In this document: positions 41,448-50,160 of the stretch, piece after piece
Layout: each line of letters opens with the position of its first letter
How positions within the stretch are numbered: the first letter of the stretch is position 1
Assembly (NCBI GenBank): GCA_963801355.1
Contig: CAWDEM010000004.1
Location: 832,001 to 896,000, forward strand
Length of the DNA: 64,000 nt
DNA from: Ignavibacteriota bacterium
Lineage (GTDB): Bacteria > Bacteroidota > Ignavibacteria > UBA10030 > UBA6906
Direction of reading: 5' to 3'
Made by a program: the position numbers and the translations under genes
Notes under the pieces: model-generated
Told to the model about the DNA's origin: nothing
Seen by the model: only the letters and a program-made list of their open reading frames with translations
Databases searched by the model: none

Positions 41448-41635
41448 TTGTTTCCTTTTCCGATTGATCTGGTTTGCAATTGCCTTCCGCAGGCTGGCGC
41501 TGCTCCATATTCATTGAAAGCGTGCTGCCTCCGGAACTCGGCAAGTTTGTAGCGAGTTGACCACAAATTCACTATCTTTCGCCCCGACACCGAGACTTCG
41601 GTTCCACCGTATCCCAATGAATGACTGGAGGTCTT

Positions 41636-43846
41636 ATGCGGCGGACTCTCGCAGTTGTTGCCCTCCTTCTCCTCTTCGTCATCACTGGATCAGCACAGAT
41701 GGTATGGGACTGGGCGGCCTCTTTCGCTTATCCCGGGTATCTCGCAATCCCATCAAGCCCGACTCTCCAGTTCAGCGGGAGTATCTCTGTCGAATGTTGG
41801 GTCAATGCCCCTAATGTGTCCACGTCCGGGGATCAGGGCCTTCTGTGCAAATACAGCACACCAGGGACAGGCTTTGCGCTGGCCCTCCGCAGCGGACGAA
41901 TCCTGTTTGAAATCGGCGGATCTCCGGTGTTCCTTGGAAAAGCGGTGCTCCCCGATGGTCAGTGGGCCCACGTTGCGGTGGTGTACGATTCATCGGCGAA
42001 GACAGTCACAAGCTACATCAACGGCAATCTTGACACAGTGCGTACAAGTGTGAATTCCCCGATACGTTGGAACCAGGACTCACTCTTCGTCGGGTTTCAC
42101 ACGAACAATCCTCCTATGACCCAGTTCACCGGTCTCCTCGACGAAATCCGGATATGGAATAGGCCATTGAGTTTGACGGAAATCCAACGCAACAGGTTCA
42201 TGACCCTCGCCTACGTATCCGGCCCATACTCAGGAGTGGTGCTTTCCATCACGTTCCAATTCTTGGCACAAGCGCCTATACCATATGCGCCCCAGGACTT
42301 CTCCGGGAATGATTTAACCGTGAGAATCCGGGGGAATGTGTCTGGCGCAAGTGTGGGAACCGGGCCATCCAGGAAACTCATCCCCAACGAAGCTGTCCGT
42401 TTTGATGGGGGCGGGTATCTCTCGACACCGAGCTCGACCATCAACAACTTCAGCTCATCCCACACGCTGCAGTGCTGGGTATGGCCCGACACGATTCAGA
42501 CGGGGATCATCCTCCAGAAACGTGAAGGGGCTCACATAGTCGGGTACACACTCTATCTCGATGGAAATAGAGTCGCCTTCAGGATCAACAATCCCACCGT
42601 GTTGGAGTCTCGGCGGCCGATTCCCATTCGCGAATGGACTCACATAGCCGCGATATACAACGACACAACCAGGACTGCAACGCTGTATCTCAATGGATCG
42701 CTTGATACCAGCGCGGCCCCTGCGGTGGCATCTTCCCCCATCGCAAGCAGTGATTCTCTTTTCATCGGAACGGGTTACAACGGACCATTCCGTGGCTACA
42801 TAGATAACGTCGTGATATCACCTGGTATATGGACAGGAAAACAGATCGCCACATGGATGGCGGCCGGACTCGACGTTTGGCACAGGGGGCCGGACTTGCC
42901 GCCCTTGAGCATCTACAACTTTGACGGCTCCCTGGCATCAGGGATGTCTTCGGACCTCCGCATGAGATTTAATGGCACAGCCCGGTTCAGTCACCCGGCA
43001 TATTATGGCAGCGTCCCGACTTCTCCTATGTTGCGTGCAGACGATCTCGGCTATCCCTACGGCTTCATGTTGAAAGCCTCAGACCGGCGAATCCCGGCAG
43101 CAGAAACGCGAGGGAACATGATCGAAGACTCGCTCTCGGTAGTCGACGAACCGACGATTTCGAGTATGCGCCTCGCGCTCACAATCAATCACACGATGAC
43201 GACGGATCTCATCGTTTCCCTTGTCCATCCAGCCGGAGATTCCGTCATCGTGTTCAACAGGGGACAACTTCTCCACCCTCTGGAGAACATCAATGCAATT
43301 TACGATGACTGGGCTGACAGCGCGACTGCATATGATAAATCGGTTGGCTGGCTCCCACGTGTGAAGCCGTGGGCCTCGCTCAATGGGACATTTGGGGGGA
43401 GGAGCGCGAAAGGCATGTGGAGACTGCGCGTGAATGATGTCTCAGGTGGGGATGTTGGTCGCCTCTACATTTGGGGACTGCAGTTCAACAATCAGGCTGC
43501 GACCGGAGTAGCGCAGCATGGTACTTCTGATGTTCCCGAGAAAACGAAGCTCTTCCAGAATTACCCGAACCCATTCAATCCATCGACGGTGATTCGCTAT
43601 CAGGTGGGATCTGCCGGCATGGTACGGCTTGCCATCTATGATCTGCTCGGTCGTGAGGTGTCGGTGTTGGTAAACGAAAGGAGGGAAGCCGGAATCTACG
43701 AGGCGAACCTTGACGCGTCGAGGCTTTCCAGCGGAGTCTACCTCTATCGGCTGGAGGTCCGCCCTCTGGACTCCGCCATCGGGCGTGACTCCAAGAGCGG
43801 AGCGGGCGATTTCGTCCAGGCTTGCAAGCTGGTCGTCGTGCGGTGA
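41636..43846 (+). CDS. Secreted protein with two LamG-like domains, a proprotein-convertase P-domain and T9SS CTD (with palindromic insert)
   Basis: W.HVAVVYD...YING, F.G.LDEIRIWN; I.HT...DL..SL.HP.G...G.W.LRV.D...GD.G.L..W.L; CTD. Confidence 0.85.
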   Translation: MRRTLAVVALLLLFVITGSAQMVWDWAASFAYPGYLAIPSSPTLQFSGSISVECWVNAPNVSTSGDQGLLCKYSTPGTGFALALRSGRILFEIGGSPVFLGKAVLPDGQWAHVAVVYDSSAKTVTSYINGNLDTVRTSVNSPIRWNQDSLFVGFHTNNPPMTQFTGLLDEIRIWNRPLSLTEIQRNRFMTLAYVSGPYSGVVLSITFQFLAQAPIPYAPQDFSGNDLTVRIRGNVSGASVGTGPSRKLIPNEAVRFDGGGYLSTPSSTINNFSSSHTLQCWVWPDTIQTGIILQKREGAHIVGYTLYLDGNRVAFRINNPTVLESRRPIPIREWTHIAAIYNDTTRTATLYLNGSLDTSAAPAVASSPIASSDSLFIGTGYNGPFRGYIDNVVISPGIWTGKQIATWMAAGLDVWHRGPDLPPLSIYNFDGSLASGMSSDLRMRFNGTARFSHPAYYGSVPTSPMLRADDLGYPYGFMLKASDRRIPAAETRGNMIEDSLSVVDEPTISSMRLALTINHTMTTDLIVSLVHPAGDSVIVFNRGQLLHPLENINAIYDDWADSATAYDKSVGWLPRVKPWASLNGTFGGRSAKGMWRLRVNDVSGGDVGRLYIWGLQFNNQAATGVAQHGTSDVPEKTKLFQNYPNPFNPSTVIRYQVGSAGMVRLAIYDLLGREVSVLVNERREAGIYEANLDASRLSSGVYLYRLEVRPLDSAIGRDSKSGAGDFVQACKLVVVR
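43757..43801 (+). repeat. 45-bp in-frame palindromic CTD insert
   Basis: Differs by 1 nt (synonymous) from the copies at 60342 and 63062. Confidence 0.92.
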
Positions 43847-43981
43847 TTTCACCCTCCATGTGAGATGGTAATATGAGTGATTTCACCTGGGAATCGGCCT
43901 CTTCTCCATTGTGGAGAATAATGATTTTTTACCGTAGCTTATATGCAATGGGAGTGGAAACGATTGAGAGGAAGGCTTGCG

Positions 43982-44209
43982 ATGGCAACAGCACATCAGT
44001 TTACGGCGATCATTGAGCGGGAAGACGATTCTTACGTTGCGCTTTGTCCCGAACTCGACATCGCGAGTCAGGGAGCAAGCGTTGAAAATGCGCGCCTGAA
44101 CCTCAAGGAAGCAATAGAGCTTTTTTTTGAATCCGCTTCTCCTGAGGAAATTCGTGAGCGGCTTCATGATGAAATCTTTATCACCCGCCTTGAGATAGCC
44201 GTTGCCTAG
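43982..44209 (+). CDS. hicB: HicB-family antitoxin (short form)
   Basis: FTAIIERE.D.YVALCPELDIASQG.SVE.A..NLKEAIELF. Confidence 0.9.
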   Translation: MATAHQFTAIIEREDDSYVALCPELDIASQGASVENARLNLKEAIELFFESASPEEIRERLHDEIFITRLEIAVA

Positions 44210-44422
44210 CTCCGCATACTCTGCGGCCGGGACGTCTGTCAGATTCTCTCCCATCACGGCTTCGTGGAGGTGCGACAACGAGGCATTCACATTGTCATGC
44301 AGAAGAGGATTCCCGGCTCGACCATTACTGTCCCCGTCCCCAACCACGCCGAGATCAAGCGTGGAACGCTCAAATCGATCATCCGCCAGTCGCAGTTGCC
44401 CATAAGCGAGTTCGAGGGGTAG
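44202..44422 (+). pseudogene. hicA: HicA-family toxin, frameshifted at codon 3
   Basis: TTG CCT AG- then the frame LRILCGRDVCQILSHHGFVEVRQRGIHIVMQKR...VPVPNHAEIKRGTLKSIIRQSQLPISEFEG*. Confidence 0.85.
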
Positions 44423-44516
44423 GCCAATAGCTGTCTCGCTCTCCTCACGAGAATGACTTGCGAAACCTCGCCCGCGGAAGGATCAATCATAACCGAGGAT
44501 GTTAGGAGTAATCCTC

Positions 44517-44530
44517 GTGCCCGGAACCGG
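44517..44530 (-). repeat. Degenerate tRNA-Leu 3'-end copy (putative att site)
   Basis: GTGCCCGGAACCGG vs tRNA GTGCCCGGAACAGG (13/14), intergenic. Confidence 0.55.
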
Positions 44531-44771
44531 TGGACCCTGTGGCTGCAACAATAACCAGGCCTCGGATACTGGACGAAAATTGCTCATCGCCAGAAGAACA
44601 GAGGTTAATCCCATATTCATCCTATAGATCGATTGACCCGTCGCTTTCTTATAGGTAGGATGGATATAGTTGGCGGCCAGGCAAATAGCCTGACTCGAGA
44701 AAAGTGTACTTACGTGACTAATGGTTAATAACGGAGTGCCAAACCATCTACCATACGCCAATGGGGACCGC

Positions 44772-46397
44772 ATGCGCTTTCCCCGCAGCAGACTGCACGA
44801 GGCCGCTCTGGCATTGCTGACCTTCCTGCAGTTCTGCCCATCTACACTCTTCCCGGCTGACCCTCCGCTTTACATCGACAAGATCGAGATTGTGCGCAAA
44901 GATATCTTCGACACCACGAAAGTCGAAGACCGTCACTTCCTGGGTTCGGTTGTCAACGGTCTCCATGTCCTGACGCGCGAAGACGTCGTGCGAAGAGAAC
45001 TTCTTTTCAAAGAGGGGGACGCGCTTGATGAAACAGTCCTTCAGGAATCAGCGCGGAATCTTCGCGCACTCGGATACCTGGGCGACGTGACGATCTCCTC
45101 ATATGCAATATCAGAAACATCCGCCGTTGTTGCCGTGGTGACACAGGATCGCTGGAGCATCGATATGCTTCCCGCGTACAAACAGGAGGGTGGAGCCACA
45201 GCACAACGCTATACGCTGAAAGACGACAACTTCCTTGGTGGGGGGCATAGCCTGAGTCTGAGCTATTCTTACCGGACGGACCGTCCATCCCCCCACGGGA
45301 CGGAAGTGGTATTGCGGGAAAGGAACCTCTTCGGAACCAGACTGCAGGCACTCCTTCAGCAAAGAAACGGATGGGACCAGCAAAGAACTACCGTCGGTCT
45401 TGAGCAGGCGTACTATTCCGACAGGACACCCTGGGCTGGCGGGATCAGTGCGGAGTTCGGCCGCCAGAAACAGGTGTTCTATCGCGATGGCATGCTGGCC
45501 TATGATGAAGAGACGGAAAGACAAATGCAGTGCGGATGGCTCTCGATGTCCTTCGGATCCCGCGCTCTCGTGCGGCCGGCAATCAGCTACCTGCGCATCC
45601 GGACCAACTGCATCGAGCCGCGGATCTACGATAACCTTGATCTCGTCACCATCAGCACAAGCTACCTGGATCGGGCGTTTGTCGAGCGCTCCAATCTCAA
45701 CAGCTCCGGACGCACCGAAGATATGCCCGTGGGGTTCTGGGCAGGAGTGACGCTGGGAAGAAACTTCCTCGTACAGGGAGTATCTGCGCCTCTTTACGTG
45801 GGAGGCGTGACGCTGCAGCATGCTATGCTTCTCACGGATCGATTCTACATGGGATGGAATGCGTCTTTCCAGGGCTACTGGGGCGGCTCTCGGAAAGAAG
45901 AAGCGACGGTCTCTGTTCTACTCCTCCACCATCTGAAGATCTCAGCGTTTCAAACCCTCGTGGCGCAGGTGAATGCTGTTGCAGGTATTGGATGGTCAGG
46001 GCGGCGCCAGCTCCTCCTCGGCTCGTCAACGGGCCTTCGGGGGTATGGTGAAAGGAGCTTTGCGGGCGACAGGATGATTACCTACAGCCTGGAGCATCGG
46101 ATCTTCACCAACCTGAACCTGCTCTTCTTCCGGGTCGGGGGGGCTCTGTTTCTGGATGGCGGGACGGTCTGGTCAGGGGATGCTCACCCCGGAAGACAGC
46201 GATTCTCCAATGCCGCCGGTGTAGGGCTCCGCATTGAGAATACGAAAGTCCAGGGTGCGGGCCTGATCAGAATCGACTGGGCGATGAACCTCGATGAACA
46301 GAAACCCGGTCAGATCATTATCTCCAGCAAACTGCCATTCAATGCGTTTCTCAATCTCGACGGCGTCTCGGGGCTCGGGTCACCGGGGGTGGAGTAA
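44772..46397 (+). CDS. Omp85/BamA-TamA family outer-membrane protein with POTRA domain
   Basis: HVLTREDVVRRELLFKEGD...ESARNLR; NFLGGG, NLFG; GLRGY; F.DGG.VW; G.GLR; RID.A. Confidence 0.85.
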   Translation: MRFPRSRLHEAALALLTFLQFCPSTLFPADPPLYIDKIEIVRKDIFDTTKVEDRHFLGSVVNGLHVLTREDVVRRELLFKEGDALDETVLQESARNLRALGYLGDVTISSYAISETSAVVAVVTQDRWSIDMLPAYKQEGGATAQRYTLKDDNFLGGGHSLSLSYSYRTDRPSPHGTEVVLRERNLFGTRLQALLQQRNGWDQQRTTVGLEQAYYSDRTPWAGGISAEFGRQKQVFYRDGMLAYDEETERQMQCGWLSMSFGSRALVRPAISYLRIRTNCIEPRIYDNLDLVTISTSYLDRAFVERSNLNSSGRTEDMPVGFWAGVTLGRNFLVQGVSAPLYVGGVTLQHAMLLTDRFYMGWNASFQGYWGGSRKEEATVSVLLLHHLKISAFQTLVAQVNAVAGIGWSGRRQLLLGSSTGLRGYGERSFAGDRMITYSLEHRIFTNLNLLFFRVGGALFLDGGTVWSGDAHPGRQRFSNAAGVGLRIENTKVQGAGLIRIDWAMNLDEQKPGQIIISSKLPFNAFLNLDGVSGLGSPGVE

Positions 46398-46576
46398 ATC
46401 CGCTTCACAAGTCCTCTAAGCATGAAAACTTCCTAGATTCCTACAAGTGAATCAGTGGAGGATCGTTATCTTGGCAGCTGCCGTCACCTCTGTCTGGCGT
46501 CCGTGACCCGGACGTAGTCCCACATCACACCGACCGTTCATGTTGATTTAGAACTTCGGGTTGCCTATGTTTTCGC

Positions 46577-48775
46577 ATGAGCTCCAGACCGCCTCATTTC
46601 CCCTGTGCCGTCCTTTTCCTGTTGATCGTCCCGTTGGGTTTTCCCTTTCGGGCCATAGCCCAGACGTCGTTTTCCGACAGCTCGTTGTTGCGCCACGCGT
46701 CCTACGTCCGAGAGGCCATACAGGAAATTGATAATGCTCGCCTGTGGAATTCGATTGACCTCGACCGCTCAGACATCCAGGACCTCCGCAAGTCTGTGAG
46801 TGCCGGAGATTTCGAGCGGGCGGCAATCGCGTGGGGTGCGTACTGGTCGGGGAAAAAACAGCCCGCGTACATAACCTCGATGGACCATCTTCTGCAGGAT
46901 ACTGACATGCTGGAATCCCCGATGGATTTCCGGGATGCGATGCTCCAGTCTGCGGACGAGCGGGACACGATCATTGCCCGCGCAGACCTGATACTGCAGA
47001 ACACGATCCCGACGTGGGGAGACAACGTTATCACGTTTGGAGAGAAGTTGGATTTCAACAGAGATATGGGGCAGTCGGGGAAATACGGTTTTCACTATTG
47101 GACTTGGTCCCGTCCGCTTCTCATGGCCTCGGTACTCACAGGTGATGAGAAATACCTGGAGAAGTTTGATAAACTGTTCAACGCGTGGTACGAGCAGCGC
47201 AACTCGATCACCCGGGGGTTTCCTTCCCTGGATGTTGTTTACTATGAGCTCGGGCTGGGGATGCGGAACCGGATGTTCATCGAGTACTACCTTCTCCCTC
47301 GCCGGCAGCGAAGCCCCGAGTCCCAAGTGCGGCTGCTCAAGACATTCCTTGCCGCAGGGCGCTGGCTCTATCAACTGGAGAAATGGGAAGGGTACAGGCC
47401 GGGCAACTGGCAAGTCCACGGCTCATACATGCTTGTCCAGCTCGCGCTTGTGTTCCCCGAGTTTCGCGAATCGGCACAATGGCGGCAGACAGGTCTGCAG
47501 CGGATGATGGAACACCTGGAGCAGGACTTTTTCCCCGATGGCGGACATTCCGAGCGCTCCCCCCGAAACTACACGATGGCGACATACCTGAACTACCGCA
47601 ACCTGGCATACCTCCTTGCAGCGTACGAGACCGAGCAGGGAGCCGCGAGGCGCATCCATGCATCCATGGGCCGCACGTTCGAATGGTGGAGAAACATGCT
47701 TACTCCGACGGGCGAGGTTCCGGCCATCAATGACAGCCATCGAGGGCTCTTTCCGGAGAGAATCACGCGCGACCGAAAACGGCTTTCCGCAGGCGACAGC
47801 GGTGCCCGTCCGCGATACACCTCCCGCCATTTGCCCGCGTCAGGATTCACCGTCATGCGAAGCGACTGGTCGCGGGATGCATTGTACATGACGGTCAATT
47901 ACGGCCCGTCCGCAGGATTTCATACTCACCTGGACCTCCTCGATTTCGAGCTCTATGCTTACGGAACACCGCTCGCCGTGGACGCAGGCATCGGCCTGAC
48001 CTACGACGACTCCCTCTATCTCACCTGGTACAGATCGTCGCCGGCACACAACATGGTTGTCGTCAACGACAGCAACGTTGAACGGGAAGGGTTGCGGGGA
48101 GAGAACATTCAGTGGGCTTCCACCGCCACCGTGGACTATTTCGCCGGAGAAGAAAACGGATACCGGCGATTCCTTGTCCGCCATCGCAGGCAGATTGCGT
48201 TCGTAAAGCCTTCCTACTGGCTTGTCGTGGATGACCTTCACTGCAGCCGCAGCAATGACACTCTCTCCTGGTACTTTCATTCTCCCACTGTTCTTCTTCC
48301 CGCTGGTACGGGATTCGAAAGCGAATCTGCTCCCGGGATCCGGATTATTCCAGTTGGTGTGAACTGTACCAGCCGGGTCGGGAAAGGAATGGCGGCAAGT
48401 ACAAGTGACCGGGTGCCGGGTAGAACAGAGGAGATCAATTGGGTGAGGTTCGACCAGCTCAGCCTGGCAGACTCTGCCAACCAGTTTCCCATCCTCCTCT
48501 TTCCATTCCGTGCTGCCAGCGACATCCCCCGGGTGGCCAGGCTTTCTGCGCAACACTTCGTCGTTCAACATGCTGGATCAGTCGACAATCTGCATTTTAC
48601 ATCCGGGGCGTATGCGGACGACACGATGCAAACGGACGCCTCGTTTGTTCTCATCAGGAAAAGAAACGACGGCCGGCTATCGTATGTTGTGGTAAACGGC
48701 ACGTTTCTGAGGTATCGCACAAAGATTCTCTGGAGCTCTTTTTCTGCAGGCTCCGGCGAGGGGGAAGTGCCGTAG
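46577..48775 (+). CDS. Heparinase II/III-like polysaccharide lyase
   Basis: Signal peptide; GNW, PDGGH.ERSP.NY, P.INDS, SGF.VMRSDW, H.H.D.L.FELYAYG..L.VDAG, AHN.V.VN. Confidence 0.85.
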   Translation: MSSRPPHFPCAVLFLLIVPLGFPFRAIAQTSFSDSSLLRHASYVREAIQEIDNARLWNSIDLDRSDIQDLRKSVSAGDFERAAIAWGAYWSGKKQPAYITSMDHLLQDTDMLESPMDFRDAMLQSADERDTIIARADLILQNTIPTWGDNVITFGEKLDFNRDMGQSGKYGFHYWTWSRPLLMASVLTGDEKYLEKFDKLFNAWYEQRNSITRGFPSLDVVYYELGLGMRNRMFIEYYLLPRRQRSPESQVRLLKTFLAAGRWLYQLEKWEGYRPGNWQVHGSYMLVQLALVFPEFRESAQWRQTGLQRMMEHLEQDFFPDGGHSERSPRNYTMATYLNYRNLAYLLAAYETEQGAARRIHASMGRTFEWWRNMLTPTGEVPAINDSHRGLFPERITRDRKRLSAGDSGARPRYTSRHLPASGFTVMRSDWSRDALYMTVNYGPSAGFHTHLDLLDFELYAYGTPLAVDAGIGLTYDDSLYLTWYRSSPAHNMVVVNDSNVEREGLRGENIQWASTATVDYFAGEENGYRRFLVRHRRQIAFVKPSYWLVVDDLHCSRSNDTLSWYFHSPTVLLPAGTGFESESAPGIRIIPVGVNCTSRVGKGMAASTSDRVPGRTEEINWVRFDQLSLADSANQFPILLFPFRAASDIPRVARLSAQHFVVQHAGSVDNLHFTSGAYADDTMQTDASFVLIRKRNDGRLSYVVVNGTFLRYRTKILWSSFSAGSGEGEVP

Positions 48776-48822
48776 ACCCCGGTTCTGTATCATTCAATAA
48801 ACCTTGACGAAAGTGCCTCTCC

Positions 48823-50049
48823 ATGTATCGACGTGAATTTCTGAAGACGAATGCATCCGCACTCTGCTTGGGGCTTGGCTCAGTAGTGCCAGGATCAATG
48901 TTCCAGGAATTGTTCTATTACGCATGGAGCTGGGACAAATGGCGGGCCCTGACCGGAACAAAACCACAGCGGTACCTGTCCGATCAGATTGGGCAGCATG
49001 AGCTTGTTGACCTGCTAACGGTGGGAGGCCGCAGGATTGTGAGCCCCGAAGAATGGCTCACGAAGCGGGAAGAAATCAAGCACATCCTGTTGCAGGTCCT
49101 GGGAGATCTTCCTCGTGCCACACCCCCGCTCAATCCGAGAATCGTGGAAGAGAAGGACTTTGACAAGTATGTGCGCCGGAAAGTCGTCTATACGGTGGAA
49201 TCAGGCGACGACGTTTCTGCCTATGTCTTTCTCCCGAAAGATGGCGTCAGGAGGCATCCCGCAGCGTTGTGCGCACACCAGACGAATCCGTACGGCAAAC
49301 GCGAAGCTGCCGGCATCGATGGAAATCCCGCGATGGCATTTGCGCCCGAGCTGGCAGAGCGGGGCTACGTTACCATTGCGCCGGATGAAATCTGCTTCGG
49401 CGAGAGACATAATCCGTTGCTTGGCCATTACGGCGATGCCATTGCGTTCTATGAAAAGCATAAGGAGTGGTCCATTGCGGGAAAAATGATCTGGGATAAA
49501 TCACGGGCGATTGACTACCTCCAGACGCTGGACGAAGTCGATCCGGAGCGGATTGGCGCGATCGGGCATTCGCATGGAGCGTACGGATCGCTGCTTGCTG
49601 CCGCGTTTGACAGCCGCATCAAAGTCGTGATCTCAAGCTGCGGTTTCGTCCCATTCCGCACCGACGGCAACACGTTTCGCTGGTCGCATGCCACAGCATT
49701 AATACCGAAGCTCGGGTTCTTTCTCGGCGGAAGAGAAATGACTCTGCAAACCTTCCAGAATATCAGACTCAAAGAAGTGGATCAGACTCCCTTCGATTGG
49801 CATCATATTCTCTCTCTCATCGCTCCGCGGGCGCTCTTCCTCTCCGTTTCGCTGGATGATGAGGTTTTTCCCGGCGGCGAAAGTATCAGGAGCCAGGTGG
49901 TACCTCGCATCGAGCCAATCTACGAACTGTACAAGCATCGCGAGAACTTTGCAGCGCATTTCTTCCACGGAGGACACACCATCCCTCAGGAAGCCCGGGC
50001 AAAAGCGTTTGCGATGCTGGACCGTTGTCTGATGGATAACACGAAGTGA
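48823..50049 (+). CDS. Tat-signal alpha/beta hydrolase (dienelactone hydrolase/acetylxylan esterase-like)
   Basis: RREFLK; LAERGYV.IAPD; AIDYL...EVDPERIGAIGHSHG; LIAPR; GGH. Confidence 0.85.
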   Translation: MYRREFLKTNASALCLGLGSVVPGSMFQELFYYAWSWDKWRALTGTKPQRYLSDQIGQHELVDLLTVGGRRIVSPEEWLTKREEIKHILLQVLGDLPRATPPLNPRIVEEKDFDKYVRRKVVYTVESGDDVSAYVFLPKDGVRRHPAALCAHQTNPYGKREAAGIDGNPAMAFAPELAERGYVTIAPDEICFGERHNPLLGHYGDAIAFYEKHKEWSIAGKMIWDKSRAIDYLQTLDEVDPERIGAIGHSHGAYGSLLAAAFDSRIKVVISSCGFVPFRTDGNTFRWSHATALIPKLGFFLGGREMTLQTFQNIRLKEVDQTPFDWHHILSLIAPRALFLSVSLDDEVFPGGESIRSQVVPRIEPIYELYKHRENFAAHFFHGGHTIPQEARAKAFAMLDRCLMDNTK

Positions 50050-50073
50050 CGGCACCGAAGAATTCGCGCGCAA

Positions 50074-50160
50074 TTGACTCTGCCCCCAACCCGTTGTATA
50101 TTGCCGCCGTATTGTTGGTACCTCGTGCCGTAGGAATCATACATGCGCGGGGGAGATTCC
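50074..50160 (+). promoter_or_regulatory. Kinase-associated promoter and conserved leader, copy 3
   Basis: TTGACT(50074)-17-TATATT(50097) GCCGCCGTATTGTTGGTACCTCGTGCCGTAGGAAT. Confidence 0.75.
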
